From: Octopus sinensis
Lineage: Eukaryota
Direction of reading: 5' to 3'
Assembly (NCBI RefSeq): GCF_006345805.1
Contig: NC_043000.1
Coordinates: forward strand, 85,188,001 to 85,252,000
DNA length: 64,000 nucleotides
Part shown: piece by piece, positions 13,976-26,895 of the stretch
Layout: each line of letters opens with the position of its first letter
How positions within the stretch are numbered: the stretch's first letter is position 1
The notes under the pieces: generated by a model
What the model was told of the DNA's origin: nothing
Database searches by the model: none
What the model saw: the letters and a program-made list of their open reading frames with translations, nothing else
Position numbers and translations under genes: made by a program

Positions 13976-14891
13976 TTCACATTCTTGTTAGGCCTTCTCT
14001 GCCCATTATTCCTGGGGTAGGGTGGGGGTTTAGAGTCCTCAGGAACCTCTTCTGTATGGTCCTATCAGAAGCAACTGTCATCAAACTTTCTGGCTGGATT
14101 CCCAAGCATGACCAACTGAGACTATGGATAATCCAATAATGGTCTACCAGTTGGCTCAGCTTGAATCCATTTTGTGATTCTTTCCTGTGACTTATCCATA
14201 TTTCAGTATTTATCTGTAATTCTCCTAAGCCTCAGCATTTCATTGAAATATGCCCTAAAATTCAGGGCTTAAATTAAATCTTGAATCTCGCAGCAATTCT
14301 ACTGACAATAAAGTGAGGTTGGTAATAGCTACAAATGTTTCCCCACCTCCAGTCAATATCTTCTGCACTGGAATCTGACCTGGGTGTCGCAAGCATTTAG
14401 TTATTTCTGGTTTTCATTATACCCTTACTTTGTTTACACATGTATTTGAGTGCTGCAATAAACAGTTTTTATTGCACTTAGAAGTAAATAGATGTCATCA
14501 TGTATACTGACACACAGAGGCTTTTTTGTTGGTAAGGATTTATGCTGAAAGAAAAGGAGACACCTTATAAGCATTTTGCAGTAAAAGTTATATACATGAT
14601 CTGCACCAGCAAAAGAAAGTCAAGTCATTATATTAGTTTATTTTTATAATGGTTAGCAAATGTAGAGGCCTGGCCTGTAAGAGCGATATGAAAACAGTAT
14701 ATTCTTTAATTCTCTTACTCATTTGTCATTTGACTACAGCCATGCTGGAGCACTGTTTTGAAGGGTTTTTAGTCAAACAAATTGACCCTAGTACTTATAT
14801 TGGTCTCTTTTACTAAACTGCTAAGTAACACGGACACACTAACACCAGTTATCAAATAGTGATGGTGTACAGACATAGACACACGCATAGA

Positions 14892-15750
14892 TATCAGGTC
14901 ATCCCATAAATAATGCAGTTTTTTTATACTTCTACTATTTTTCAAAATTAAGATAGTTCTTTTTTAATCTAAAATATACTCTCCTTCATTTTCTACAATA
15001 CTCTTCCATCTATCTAGTCGATTTGCAAGGCCCCTCTTCCAAAATTTACTTGTCTGTGACAAAAATACTCCTCCACTACTGTTCTGACCTTGTCTACAGA
15101 ATTCATATTTTTTCTGTCAAAATGATTTTGAAGGCTGCAGAATAAATGATAATCAGATGGGGCAAATATGGTGGATAGGGCATTGTTACCCATTCAAACT
15201 GCTCCAGCCTTTGGAATGTCATCCTCACCTATGTGGCCAAACATTATCCTGATAGAAGAACACCTTTTGCCTTGAAACCAAAGATGGTCATTTTTCTTCT
15301 AGCACTGACTTGAATGACAGTTATGAAAAGACTTTGTTCCACCAGGATTTGCAGGACATCCTTGTCGATCTCTACGGATCTTCCGGCTCTTCTTCTAGGC
15401 TGTAGTTTTCAGCTCAGAATTTCTAGAACCACTGTTGACACTGGCTTACACTTATTGTCTGATCCCCATATACTGCATTAATATTCCTTGCACTTTCCGT
15501 TGCATTGTTGCCTTTATTGAACTCATAAGCAAAATATGCCAAATATGCTTCTTTGTTGCTTCCATTATAGCTTTGTAAAAATAACTTAAAATCGAATTGC
15601 ATTCTTCAAAACTTGCACTAAGAATAAGGACAAGGTAAAATTACTACCTGCTTCTATAGCAAGTTGATGCAGGTAGTTTATCCCATCCCTCTCCAACTTT
15701 AAGTTCATGCAATTGAAAAAAAAAACCCCACATTTAGGTATGGCCCAATA
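14892..15750 (-). mobile_element. Internally deleted mariner (SETMAR-like transposase relic)
   Basis: Minus-strand QDNVWPH, PYPPY..APSDYHLFCSLQNHF and DRWKSIVENEGEYILD* motifs (frameshifted); imperfect TIRs at both ends. Confidence 0.8.
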
Positions 15751-18700
15751 TATATATGTGTGTGTGTATAATATATACATATATATATATACAGACACAC
15801 ACACACAAACACACACATACGATGGGATTCTTTCAGTTTCTATCTACCAAATCCACTCAAAAGGCTTTGGTCAGCCCAAGGCTATAACAGAAGACACTAG
15901 CCCAAGGTGCCATACAGTGGAACTGAACCTATAACCATGTTGTTGGAAAGCAAGCTTCTTACCACACGGCCACACCAAACTATTTTCCTATTTAGTGCTA
16001 ATTCTGACAAAACTATGCCATCCAAGGACAATATTAAAGGTATACTTTTAATATGCTTCTTCATGACTTCTATCTGTTTTATACCTTTTTGATGATGTAT
16101 AAACACAGTTGCATTATCATTGAGACATGGTATTTTATATTCGAGGCTGCCTTATGCTCAGTACATCCTATCTCATTCTATCACCATTCCTATCAAAAAT
16201 TAACTGATATTGAATTAAATGATTTATTCTAACTAAATGAATATCTCACATGAAAATTGACCAAATCTCATTGCTAATTTGTTTTTCATCTTGCAATTAA
16301 ATTTTCTGACATTATCAGTGAGATGCCATAAGTGACAACCAAATATGTAAATTCTTTGGATTTTTTTTTTTAATTCCAAATATTGTGTATATAAACTTGT
16401 TGCTCTGGTATGACTTAATCATTCTATTTCTAATATGCTATGTTGATTAAACTTCCATTTCTCTTTAAAATGGTCTTTCTCTTTTTTTTTTTTTTTAAGC
16501 TTTTCCTGGTTCACTAACATCCAATCTTTAAGTCTATGGCTATTTCTGTTTTCCTCTTCTTTGATATACAGATAATTTTATTTTCAGTTTCTCTTCATCT
16601 TACTCTTTCCCACTTTCTTTATCAAGGTTTTCCTTCTAATTTCTTCAGTGAATCCTCCACAACAGTTGTCTATTTTAATATGTAGAAATAAGACTTTAAA
16701 CTGTTGCTCTATGGATAAGTTGATTATAATGGCTTAGTGTTGTGCCTGCAAGCCATTTTTCAAGTTGTGAATTAATCCTATTTAAACACGGTGTGCTCTA
16801 TCTCCTTTTATGATTATACGTGTGTGTATGTCTTGGTGTGTGTGTGTAAATGTTTATGAGTATTGCTTTACTGTTATTTACTATTCCTTCCATCCTACAA
16901 ATTCTTTAGGTTATTGATTACTATAACAGTGTGCTGGCCCAACACTCTCTCACCTGTTGCCTGGGGAACTGCACTTTCTGTGCCCATGGTGAGAGTTTCA
17001 TTGGGTCCTGGAGTAATAAAATGCCCTAGTTTTACTACTATATGTGCTACAGCAGTAAAGTATGTGACCCAGTAATATTTTATTTCAAACAAAGTATTCT
17101 CCAGGAGAGTTAAGTGTCTTGTCTTCAGTTGTCCTTAAATTACATTCACTTACAATATCAATATGAAATATATTTAACTTTGATTTTTCATGAAGCATTT
17201 GTCTTGGTTCGAAATCTAAAACTTCTTTGTTTCACAATGTACTTGCATTCTACCCATGTCTTCACAGTTTTCAACTTTCTCTTTTTGTCTAATTGTTTTA
17301 TGCTGAACTAATACTATCCCTCCCTAATCACTTCTCTTTGTCTTAATAATTAACTTTAGCTACTCTTAATTATATCTCTAAGCAGTATTATATTAATCTG
17401 ATTTTTTTCCTCTAAACATATTAATCAATAAAATTAGGATTATTTTAGTTGTCAACAATGAAATAGTGAAAACTTTCTGTAGAACTTCATTATTTCTGTC
17501 CCTTTTCTGTTGGAGAGATTTCTGTAATTTAAACAAGGGTTTGGGGTTCAGCATTATTTTCAAAATTTACTCAAGGAAAAAAAAAAAAAGAAACCATTGA
17601 TTCCCATTTCCTCCAGTTTTTTGGCTTTAATTTTATAAGTGCACTATATTTTTCTTCCAAATGTTAGGTGTAGAAGTCACAAATTCATAATTATAACATA
17701 AATTTTTGTGAACCTTTAATATGGAATTTTACTTTTGAGCTGCTTTTAATCCTTTTAAACTTCTGTTTTTTAAACAAAATCATAGAAATAATAGACAAAT
17801 TCCTCTCTAATCAAACTGTACAATCTTAATAAAGCAACATATTGGATAATGTAGTTTTACATATATTATCTGGAAAAATGATATCCTCACATTCATTGAT
17901 ATTAGCCCAATCAGAGGTTACTTGAAGCTAAACAATAACAACATATTAGACATGGAGTTTTTTTGGGTTTTTTTAACTGACTTCAGATGATCAACTAGAA
18001 GTAGGAAAACATTTCCAACAAATCACAAGAAATCAATGTTCCTCAGAACTTGATATTTCCATAATTCTTACATGAACATATGGACACTGATCTATCACTC
18101 AGCATTTCTTTTTCTTTCAACCTTTGTTGTTAAAATTGAGTAACTTTAATCATTTAACAAACAACTCGTTAACATCAACAAGATCATTAAAGCTGATGTT
18201 TCTTTTTCTATCTTTGTAATTTATAGAAGCTCTTTAAGATATTGATGCATTCATAAAACAGACGAAATGATAGAAATAAGAAAAGATGTCTTTGTGATTT
18301 GCATCAGTTTTTTGCAAAATCTATGTTTAGAAAACCAGCTATGTTCAGACTGAATATCAGTTTTTATGCGAGTCAAATTTGACCAGTTCCAATGTTAAAG
18401 GTTAAAAAATAATTGACATTCTTAACTTTTAATAAGATCTTTTTCATTTCTTAAAAATTTAATTTCTTGCTTTTTCTCAGTTATTTTCTTTAAGTATATT
18501 ATCAATTTTTTTTGTGTGTGTTTCTGCTAATTATTGAAACTACACTGACCTTTCAAAGGTTTTCCTTTTATCTAATGTCAAGGGGAATTGTTTATCATTT
18601 CTAATCTCCCCACTCCTGCTCTCTCATATATATATAATGTATAGATAGATAGATAGATATATCATTGATTAATTGTTCAGACTTGAGAGCTCTTAATTTA

Positions 18701-18883
18701 AGAAATCACTGATAACTGATCCTCTCAGGTGAACTAGTAAAACATAGAGACAATGCTGATATGTTGCAGGCCTATTTTAAGATGAATAAACAGACATTAA
18801 TAAATCAAAATATTCTGAACTGCCATTCTTTATGTTATTTTCCCCATGTTTGAGATTTAATCAACCAAATAACAAGGCTTTAA

Positions 18884-19295
18884 CCCTTCTGGCACTGAGA
18901 TTACTCTATCAAATGTAATTCTTATTCACATTGATTTAAATTAATCATACATTATCTCATACCTTTGAGAATTTGATGACTCAGTTATTTTTAGAATTGT
19001 AGAATAGGTGTGAGGGGCCAGACCTGGCCAATTTGAACATAAATGGGTTGAAAAAAGGGGATTAATATTGTTTAACCCTTTAGCGTTCAGATTACTCTGT
19101 GAAATGTAAAACTTATTTGTTCACATAATTTTGAATTAATCATACATTATTTCATACCTTAGAGATTTTGATGATTCAATTATTTTTTAGAATGGCATTG
19201 TAGGGTAAGTATGAGTGACTAGACCTGGCCAATTTGAACTCACAAAGCAGGGAGAACTTTGGAGCCTGAAATGGTTGGTTTAAAGGCTGAATGAT
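18884..19295 (+). mobile_element. Two tandem copies of a piggyBac-like MITE
   Basis: TTAACCCTT starts at 18884 and 19076; shared internal sequence (GATTACTCT...TTAATCATACATTAT...GACCTGGCCAATTTGAAC). Confidence 0.7.
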
Positions 19296-20298
19296 TAAAT
19301 CTCATGGAGTTTATCAAATTATTTCTCTTTTAGATTTTTTATTTTTGTTTCTCAGTCTTTCCTTTAATGTTTATCTTTAGGTTCTCTGTTGACTGTTAAT
19401 GTTTAATACACTTTAACTAATTGCAATTCAGCTGGCAACTAAAATTTCATTTACATTCTTCTGGTATTAAATGTCTGTATTTAGTAGTTATACCTTTTAT
19501 TTATTGTTTATTCAGTGTCTGGGGTGGTGGGGGGGATACTGCAGTGGCTTTGTATGTAAATATGTTCAAATCTGCTGTAACCTTTTCAATGAGGTTTGGA
19601 TAATTTACTTAATTCTACATGGCTTAATTCATTTCATTTAACTTTTAGGGTTGGCTAACATTACCACTTTATAGTTGAGGAATTAGTGTTTGATTTAATA
19701 AACAGGAAAAAAAAGAACCTTTAAAAATTAATCTAACTACCTAAATTGAGTTTATTTTTATTTATATCATCACTGAATTGCCAGGAAAAGTTTCCTCTTG
19801 TATAAAATATTTTTAAAAAGCATTGGGTTTTCTCTGGGGAACTTTTTGAGAAAAGTGGCATAATTAAAATGGAACCAACTAAAAGAATGTTAAAAACAAA
19901 ATAGCTTTGCTGTCCAGAATTAGTGAAATGATCAAGTAAATACTTTAGAATAGATATATTGTGCACTGGCTTCTTATTTATTTTTAAAATTATTTTCAAA
20001 TAGTCATTGGGCTTTTAATATTTGGCTGTTTTGATATTTCATCTGTCTTTACATTCTGAGTTAAAATTCTGCCACGGTTGACTTTGCCCTTCACCCTTTC
20101 AGGGTTGATAAATTAAGTAGCAGTTACATACTGGAGATCAATCTAATTGACTGCCCCCTCCCCCAAAAAAATTTCAGGCCTTGTGCCTAGAGTAGAAAAG
20201 AATATTTGACTGTCTTGGACTTAATTTAACACTTGTCACGTATGTGGTGTGCCCCAGGTGGTTAACTATTACAGAGGAGACAATCACTGCTAGATTAA

Positions 20299-20502
20299 CC
20301 CTTTTGTTACTAACCCGGCTCTGTGGTAAAATGTCTTGTTTTCATAAGTTTTGAATGAAAATATTCCACCAAGCCTTAGTCACAATTTACGTTCCTAACA
20401 CTAGATTAATGATAATTAAGTTATTTTACTAAATTCTTTGTTATATTTAAAATAGTTGAAAGAAACACAGAGCATCTCAAAATAAATACAGTAATGAAAG
20501 GG
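20299..20502. mobile_element. piggyBac-like MITE
   Basis: TTAA on both sides (20295-98, 20503-06); imperfect TIR CCCTTTTGTTACT / AGTAATGAAAGGG. Confidence 0.8.
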
Positions 20503-22448
20503 TTAAGTTTAGCTGAAGCAGATTTGAAAATTTGGAATTTACATCAAAAAGTAATAAAGCTGTGTAGAGTATACACATTTTTTTTTCTTTTTGTTTAACA
20601 TATTATAAAGTTAAAGTTTCTCATTGTTAGTAGCCATGTATAATATTTCATCAGCATGGTATAACTTGAGACAAATAAATCTACATACAACAAACTTGAT
20701 ATATATTCCTATTATTCCTATTCATAAATTTCTCTTTCGAAAACTTTCAACATTTGTATTTTTGTTTACTTTTCCTGAGAATAGCCTTTGTACTGCACTG
20801 GTGTCAGCTATAAAAGTGCATCTGTTTATAGAAAGCCAACATCTGATTGTTGCTAGGTTTTCTCTTTTCTTGTGTGAGTGCATTTGTTTTGTTTTGTTTT
20901 TTTGTTTTTTTGTTTTTTTTGGGGGGGGGGGTTCTTAGAAAATCAAATTGATTTTATACTGACGTGTTGCCACAGCCGAAAAAATGTTTAGGCAATGATG
21001 TTTTTCAAAAAACTGACATTTTTTTATTACGCATATTTGTTTTTAAGTAGCCTTAGGATTCTTATCAGATATTTAAGATCTGGTAATTTTTTTTTCTTTG
21101 ATTAAAAAAAAATTAATTATCCAAAATATACCATTAAAATCATTTAAAAAAATTTTTTTTTTTAATAAATTTTATATATATATTGACAATTTTAACTACA
21201 TCAAATATATTGACAGTATAGTCATGATTTGAACACCATTGTGTTATTATAGTGGGTTATTGGATTACAGATAAAATTTTAAATGGTATATGTTCTTATA
21301 GCATGTATATTGCTGGTTGAGGTATGTAGCAGTGTGTGTGTATAAAATGTATATAAGACTACATTTTACCATTTGATTGTTTCCATTTCAGTTCTATATT
21401 TTACTTGTAAATCACTTTGTTGTGTCAGTAAAAATCAGTAAGCAGTATTGAGTAATATAGTCTTATAGCTGCACTTATGAAAATATAATGAACATTTAAT
21501 GTATATAGAAAAATTCAATATCATTATAGTGGTTTAAACACTTCATTTACGCATAAATTTAACTTGGACTATAGATATAACTTTTAGCTTCCCAAATTTG
21601 GCCACACTCTTAGAACCAGAAAATGGGTAACATTTAGTTCTAATTGTATGCAGCCCTAATATTTAGATAAGAAAATTTAGGAAAAGAAATGTGTTTCATA
21701 TGTTAATAAATCTGGTATCTAGTTCTCTGAAATGTATCCTATGTGAGCATAATTATTTTATTGTACCCTGTTTAAAGGTAGCACAGATGTAATATACTAA
21801 GTAGGAATTTCATTGCTTAATGACTGGGTTCAAATTCTGCCAGTCAGTTTTGACTTTGCATTTACTTGTCTTGCAAGTTACTTGGTCATTTCACTGCTGC
21901 TAGTACCATGTAAAATGTCTCCAGTACATTTTGTAAAGTGGTTGGCATTAGGAAGGGCATCCAGCCATAAAAACCTTGCTAGTCTTCTGATTTGCCAGCT
22001 CTTGTCAAACCATCCAATACCAGTTGTCAAGTAGAGGTAGGACACACACACAGTGTGTGTGTATGTATACATGCACACACAACTGGCATCTTTCAATTTC
22101 CTTCCACCAAATGTATTCACAAGGCTTTGGTTGGCTACTGTAGACACTTTGCCCAAGGTGCCACGTAGTGGGACTGAACCAGAACCATGTGGTTGAGAAG
22201 CAAGCTTCTTACCACACAGCCACACATGCACTATGTAAATTATCTTAATGTGAAGTAAAGGTATAAGGGTAACACTGATAATGTTTGAACTCTGAATGCA
22301 GAACAACAAACTTAATGACTGTACCAACTAACTACACAGGCATACTATTATCTACATCATCCACATTGTTCTGAATTCAGATCCAACCAGAGTCAACAAT
22401 GTCTTTAATTCTATGAATGTTTATTAATAAACTAAGTACCAGTGCTGT

Positions 22449-22704
22449 GAAGGTGCATGTGCTGTGTGGTTAAAGCATCACTCACAATCAAGAGGAAGTG
22501 AGTTGCAACGTCACTGGTACCAAGCTGTATCGGCCTTTGCCTTTCCTTGGATAACATCAGTGGTGTGGAGAGGGGAGGCTGATATGCATGGGTGACTGCT
22601 GGTCTTCCACAAACAACCTTACCTGGACTTGTGCCTCGGAAGAGAACTTTCTAGGTGCAATCTCATGGTCATTCATGATTGAAGGGTTCTTTATCTTTAC
22701 CTTT
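22449..22704 (+). mobile_element. SINE (third family) with 12-bp TSD
   Basis: TSD TACCAGTGCTGT at 22437-48 and 22705-16; degenerate tRNA-like head; (TTTAC)-like tail. Confidence 0.7.
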
Positions 22705-23261
22705 TACCAGTGCTGTACTGATGTTAATTGAAACCAATTCTAGCTCCTATAATTCTCCATCTTTTACTATTACATAAAATAATTATTTCCAAAGTAATTA
22801 TATTGTGTGCTTCTGCTATATGGTATATAGCACAATCATTTGTATGCTCTATGTTCAGTGTTAATTAAATGGCTCTTGTTTTGAGTGGATTTTCATTTCT
22901 TTTCATTGTAGTATATGAAGGGAAAAATAATTATGTTGCTGGCTGTGTATCCAATGATTTTAGTTATATTTTTGACTCTGTGTAACATATGTTGCAACAT
23001 TGTACAAAGACATGATACGGTCTTGTCTCTGCTCTACAGGATTCAAGTAGCAAAAATAATGTAAACCTGCTGGAAACAGACTCACAACTTCTGTAAATTC
23101 TGTTTTCTAGCCTCACATTCTCTGTCTTCATTTCCATACCTTTATAATTGCATGAGTTCTCCATTTTTAAAGTTATGCTGTTATCTGCTGGAAGACACAC
23201 ACACACACACGTATATGTGAGTATGTAGTGAGTGTATGTGTGTGTGTGTACTCTTTTATTC

Positions 23262-23640
23262 TTCTTTCACTTGCTTCAGTCATTTGACTGCAGCCATGCT
23301 GGAGAATTGCCTTAAAGGGTTTTTAGTTGAAGAAATCAATCCCAGGACTTATTTGCAAGCCAACACTTATTCTATTGGTCTCTTTTGCTGAACTACTAAG
23401 TTACAAGAGATGTAAACACACTAGCATCAGTTGTCAAGTGATGGTGGTGGGAACGAATAGACACTCACATAAATATATAAACATACATATACGATGGGCT
23501 TCTTTCAGTTTCCATCTACCAAATCCACTCACAAGGCTTTGGTCAGCCCAAGGCTATAGTAGAAGATACTTGCCCAAGGTCCCATGAAGTGGGACTGAAC
23601 CTTGAACCATGTGGCTGGAAACCAAGCTTCTTACCACTCA
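23262..23640 (-). mobile_element. Full-length family A SINE, CR1/L2-type tail
   Basis: Head/B-box at the right end; tail CCAGCATGGCTGCAGTCAAATGACTGAAGCAAG on the minus strand. Confidence 0.85.
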
Positions 23641-24486
23641 TCATGCCTGTATCTATATATTCTTTTAATTACTATACATGTATATATAATCATCTTTTAA
23701 TGTCCATCTTACATGTTGGTGTAGGTTGGTTGGTTCACCAGGATCTGACAAGTTAGAGGGCTGCATCATGCACCAGTGTCTTCTTTGATATGGTTTCTAC
23801 AGTTTGATGCCCATCATAACACTAGTCACTTTAGAAAAGGTACTGGGTGCTTTTTTTGTGTACCATGTAGCTTACAAGACTAAAAGCCTCCTTGACTAAG
23901 TAAGAATGTAGTAGAGAAACAGGTAATTGAGGGTTAATGTATGATGAAAAGAACATTTTTATTGCTATAGAGGAGGTACATAGCTACCCGGCATTATAAA
24001 AAGGTGGGTGACAGTAATTGGTGTGGAGCTGAGAGAGATGATATGTCAAAACATACCTTCTTGGTACAAGGTGAACAGAAGAGAGTATGGGGAGAGGAAG
24101 TGATGACAGGCAGTAAAGAAAGATGAAGAGCAGCAGAATAGTAATGATTCAGTAGATAGGGGAAGGATAAGAAAGAGATAGGAACATGGCAGGTGGAGAT
24201 GGGTGGATAAAGGTTGCCAAGATATGGAGAAAGAGGGAGAGTTATGTTGTAATTATGATGGAGGTGGACATAAGGGTGAGCATATCATCATCATCATCAT
24301 CGTTTAACGTCCGTTCTCCATGCTAGCATGGGTTGGATGGTTCGACCGGGGATCTGGGAATAGTAAGTTACAAATTTCTTTCAACTTACTAAAACCCTCT
24401 AAGGCAGTGCTACAGCATTGCCACTGTCGAATTACAAACAAAGAATATGTATGCACACACACACACGTATATATTCATACATATAT

Positions 24487-24805
24487 ATGGCCATGTGGTT
24501 AAGAAGTTAGCTTTTCAACCACATGGTTTCGGGTTCAGTCCCATTGCATGGCAACTTGAGCAAGTCACTTCTACTGTAGCCCCAAGTCAGTCAAAGTTTT
24601 GCAAATAGATACTTGTAAACCTGTGGTCACTGTTGTATAAACAGTGTTGTTTGTTTTCAATCATTGATGTAAACTTGTTCTGCCATGGGGAAATAGTAGC
24701 TTGCTTGGAAACAGGAAGAGCATCTGCCATAGAAAATCTGTCTCAACAAATTCCATTGTTCCCATGTAAGCATCGAAAATTTGGATGTTAAAAATTGTGA
24801 TAATA
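24487..24805 (+). mobile_element. Family A SINE with RTE-type tail
   Basis: GGCCATGTGGTTAAGAAG...GGGTTCAGTCCC head; tail CCCATGTAAGCATCG...GGATGTTAAAA. Confidence 0.8.
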
Positions 24806-26433
24806 ATTATGAAGGCAAAAAGTTGAAGGAATCAAGACTCCCTTCTAAGTACAGTGAATGCTAAAATCTGTAGATAAAGGTAGATAAATCTGTAGACTCA
24901 AGGATTATGGTAGACACAGGGATAAAGGGATGGAGGGGGACCGGTGGTATCAGGGATTACTGAGAAAGAGGCAGTAATAAAGAGTAATAATTCCTTCACT
25001 TTATAGCATTGCATCCAGGCTGTGGAATTACTTTCTCTTCTGTAATAACTTATTAGGCAATGCTTAAGTTAAATTGTGTATTTTTTGCTTTTAGTATTCT
25101 ATATTTCTAAAGAAATATCAGGGGAAACAAATGTAACTGTAGTGTAGCAAGATAAGTTTGGTTGTGTTGGCAGAATTAGTACTATCCTATATTGTAAGGG
25201 AAAGTATGGACTGAAGGTGTGAAGGGAAGTGGGACATAAATGAGGGTGGCAAGGATTTGGAGTGAGCCATTGAAGGAAAGAAAGGTGTAGTGGGTGTGGG
25301 CTTGTGAGTGGGAGATGAGAGGGGGTGTTCGGGGGGACAGAGGAAACCAAACATTAGATGAGTGCAGTTAGAGCATGAAGGGAAAGAGAGATGGGAGGAA
25401 AACAGAGCATGAAAGTAAAAGAAGCTTCCTAGGTAGGGGAGGGGGACCATGGAAAGACTGCAATAAGAGAAAAATATGGGAGGGTACCCTAGAGATGTAA
25501 GGGTTGGTAGTGAGGTAAAGACAAGGTGTCTTTTGGCAATATGATTGAGCCCCAGGAGTGAGTGAGTATGCTTCTGGTAGTACAGCAGGACTAAGCTAGT
25601 GTCCTGGGTGGGAGGGTGAGGGTGGTCCAATGCAGTCACTTATATGTTGGTCTTAGAGGATTATCGGTCAGGGTGACGTGGATGATGCGGCCTGCCCAAC
25701 TGGTGGTGGTATGATGAGACAGGAGTCATGGAGGATGCCAAGTGGGCAGAGTTTGCTAGGTTACTTTTTTTTTATGAATGTATAGCATTACAAATAACCA
25801 CATTATTCTGTGTAAGAACTCCAAATGAAAACTGATAGTTTGTGATCATTTCATTTCAGAATCCAACTTCCTAGCTGTCTACCAACATATTTCATGGAAG
25901 TTCAACAGTCTATTAGGGAGGGGAATGGGAGTTTACAGCAGTATGTTTAGGATGGTAGATTAGACCAAAGGTATCCAGAGGTACTTACTTGATAGCTGGC
26001 CCCAGTGTATGGAAATTAGTTCAATAAACAAATGTGAGTTTTCCAAACAAAGTTAGACTGGGCCACTGGTAAAATAGAATGTAGTTTGTTACCTTTATAA
26101 ACATTAATTCAAACATTTTCTTTCATGTCAGTTTGATTTTGTAGTGACTGTTGTTTACAGCAATCAATGTGTGTGTGTAAAGTTGTTCCGTATGCTACAG
26201 CCTTTATCCCAGGGAGACAACTCAATATTAACAGCTGTGACTAGTGAAAGAAAGTCTTTGGCCTAAGTGGCAGATGTAAAATAACAAAAAGAAGCAAACA
26301 AAATATAAAATCTGTGACAAAGAGTTCCTGAATCTCTGGATGTGTATTATTACTGTATTTGGCAGAGATCTGTAATTCTGTTAGTTGACTACAAAGGTGG
26401 GTGGAACAAATGGAAAAGGTTGCCGGTCAAAGT

Positions 26434-26484
<51 letters not shown>

Positions 26485-26487
<3 letters not shown>

Positions 26488-26895
26488 CTGTGATGAGAAG
26501 CTTGCTTTCAACAACATGGTTCTGGGTTCAATTCCACCATGTGACACCTTGGGCAAGTGTCTTCTACTATAGCTTTGGACCAACCAAAGCCTTGTGAGTT
26601 GATTTGGTTGGCAGAAACTGAAAAAGCCTATTGTGTGTGTGTCTGTCTGTTTGTCCCCCACTACTGCTTGACAACTGGTGTTGGTGTATCAATTTGCATT
26701 TTCAAAAAGTAACGGATCTTTTTGGTTTGAACGGCAGTTTTTTCTAGCGGTGTCATACGAAATTGTCACCCATAATTATGACCCTTATATCCATGTAACT
26801 TAGCAGTTCAGCAAAAGGTTTGATAGAATAAGTATAGTGGTTGATTCATTTGACTGAAGCATAGCTACACTCTAATGACTGAAACAAGTAAAAGA
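26485..26895 (+). mobile_element. Family A SINE (CR1-type tail) interrupted by a ~100-bp CpG-rich foreign fragment (~26690-26790)
   Basis: SINE body splits at GGTGTTGGTG | ... | CATGTAACTTAGC; starts directly after a (TA)n tract. Confidence 0.75.

Noticed and set aside
18227-18350. Strong acceptor (long polypyrimidine tract plus TAG)
   Set aside because: Stops in all three frames within 30 nt and no usable donor; at most a UTR exon.
22964-23206. 80-aa minus-strand ORF
   Set aside because: Starts in a (CA)n tract; no homology or partner exons on the minus strand.
25187-25639. 150-aa minus-strand ORF
   Set aside because: Low-complexity translation of a purine-rich degenerate retroelement relic.
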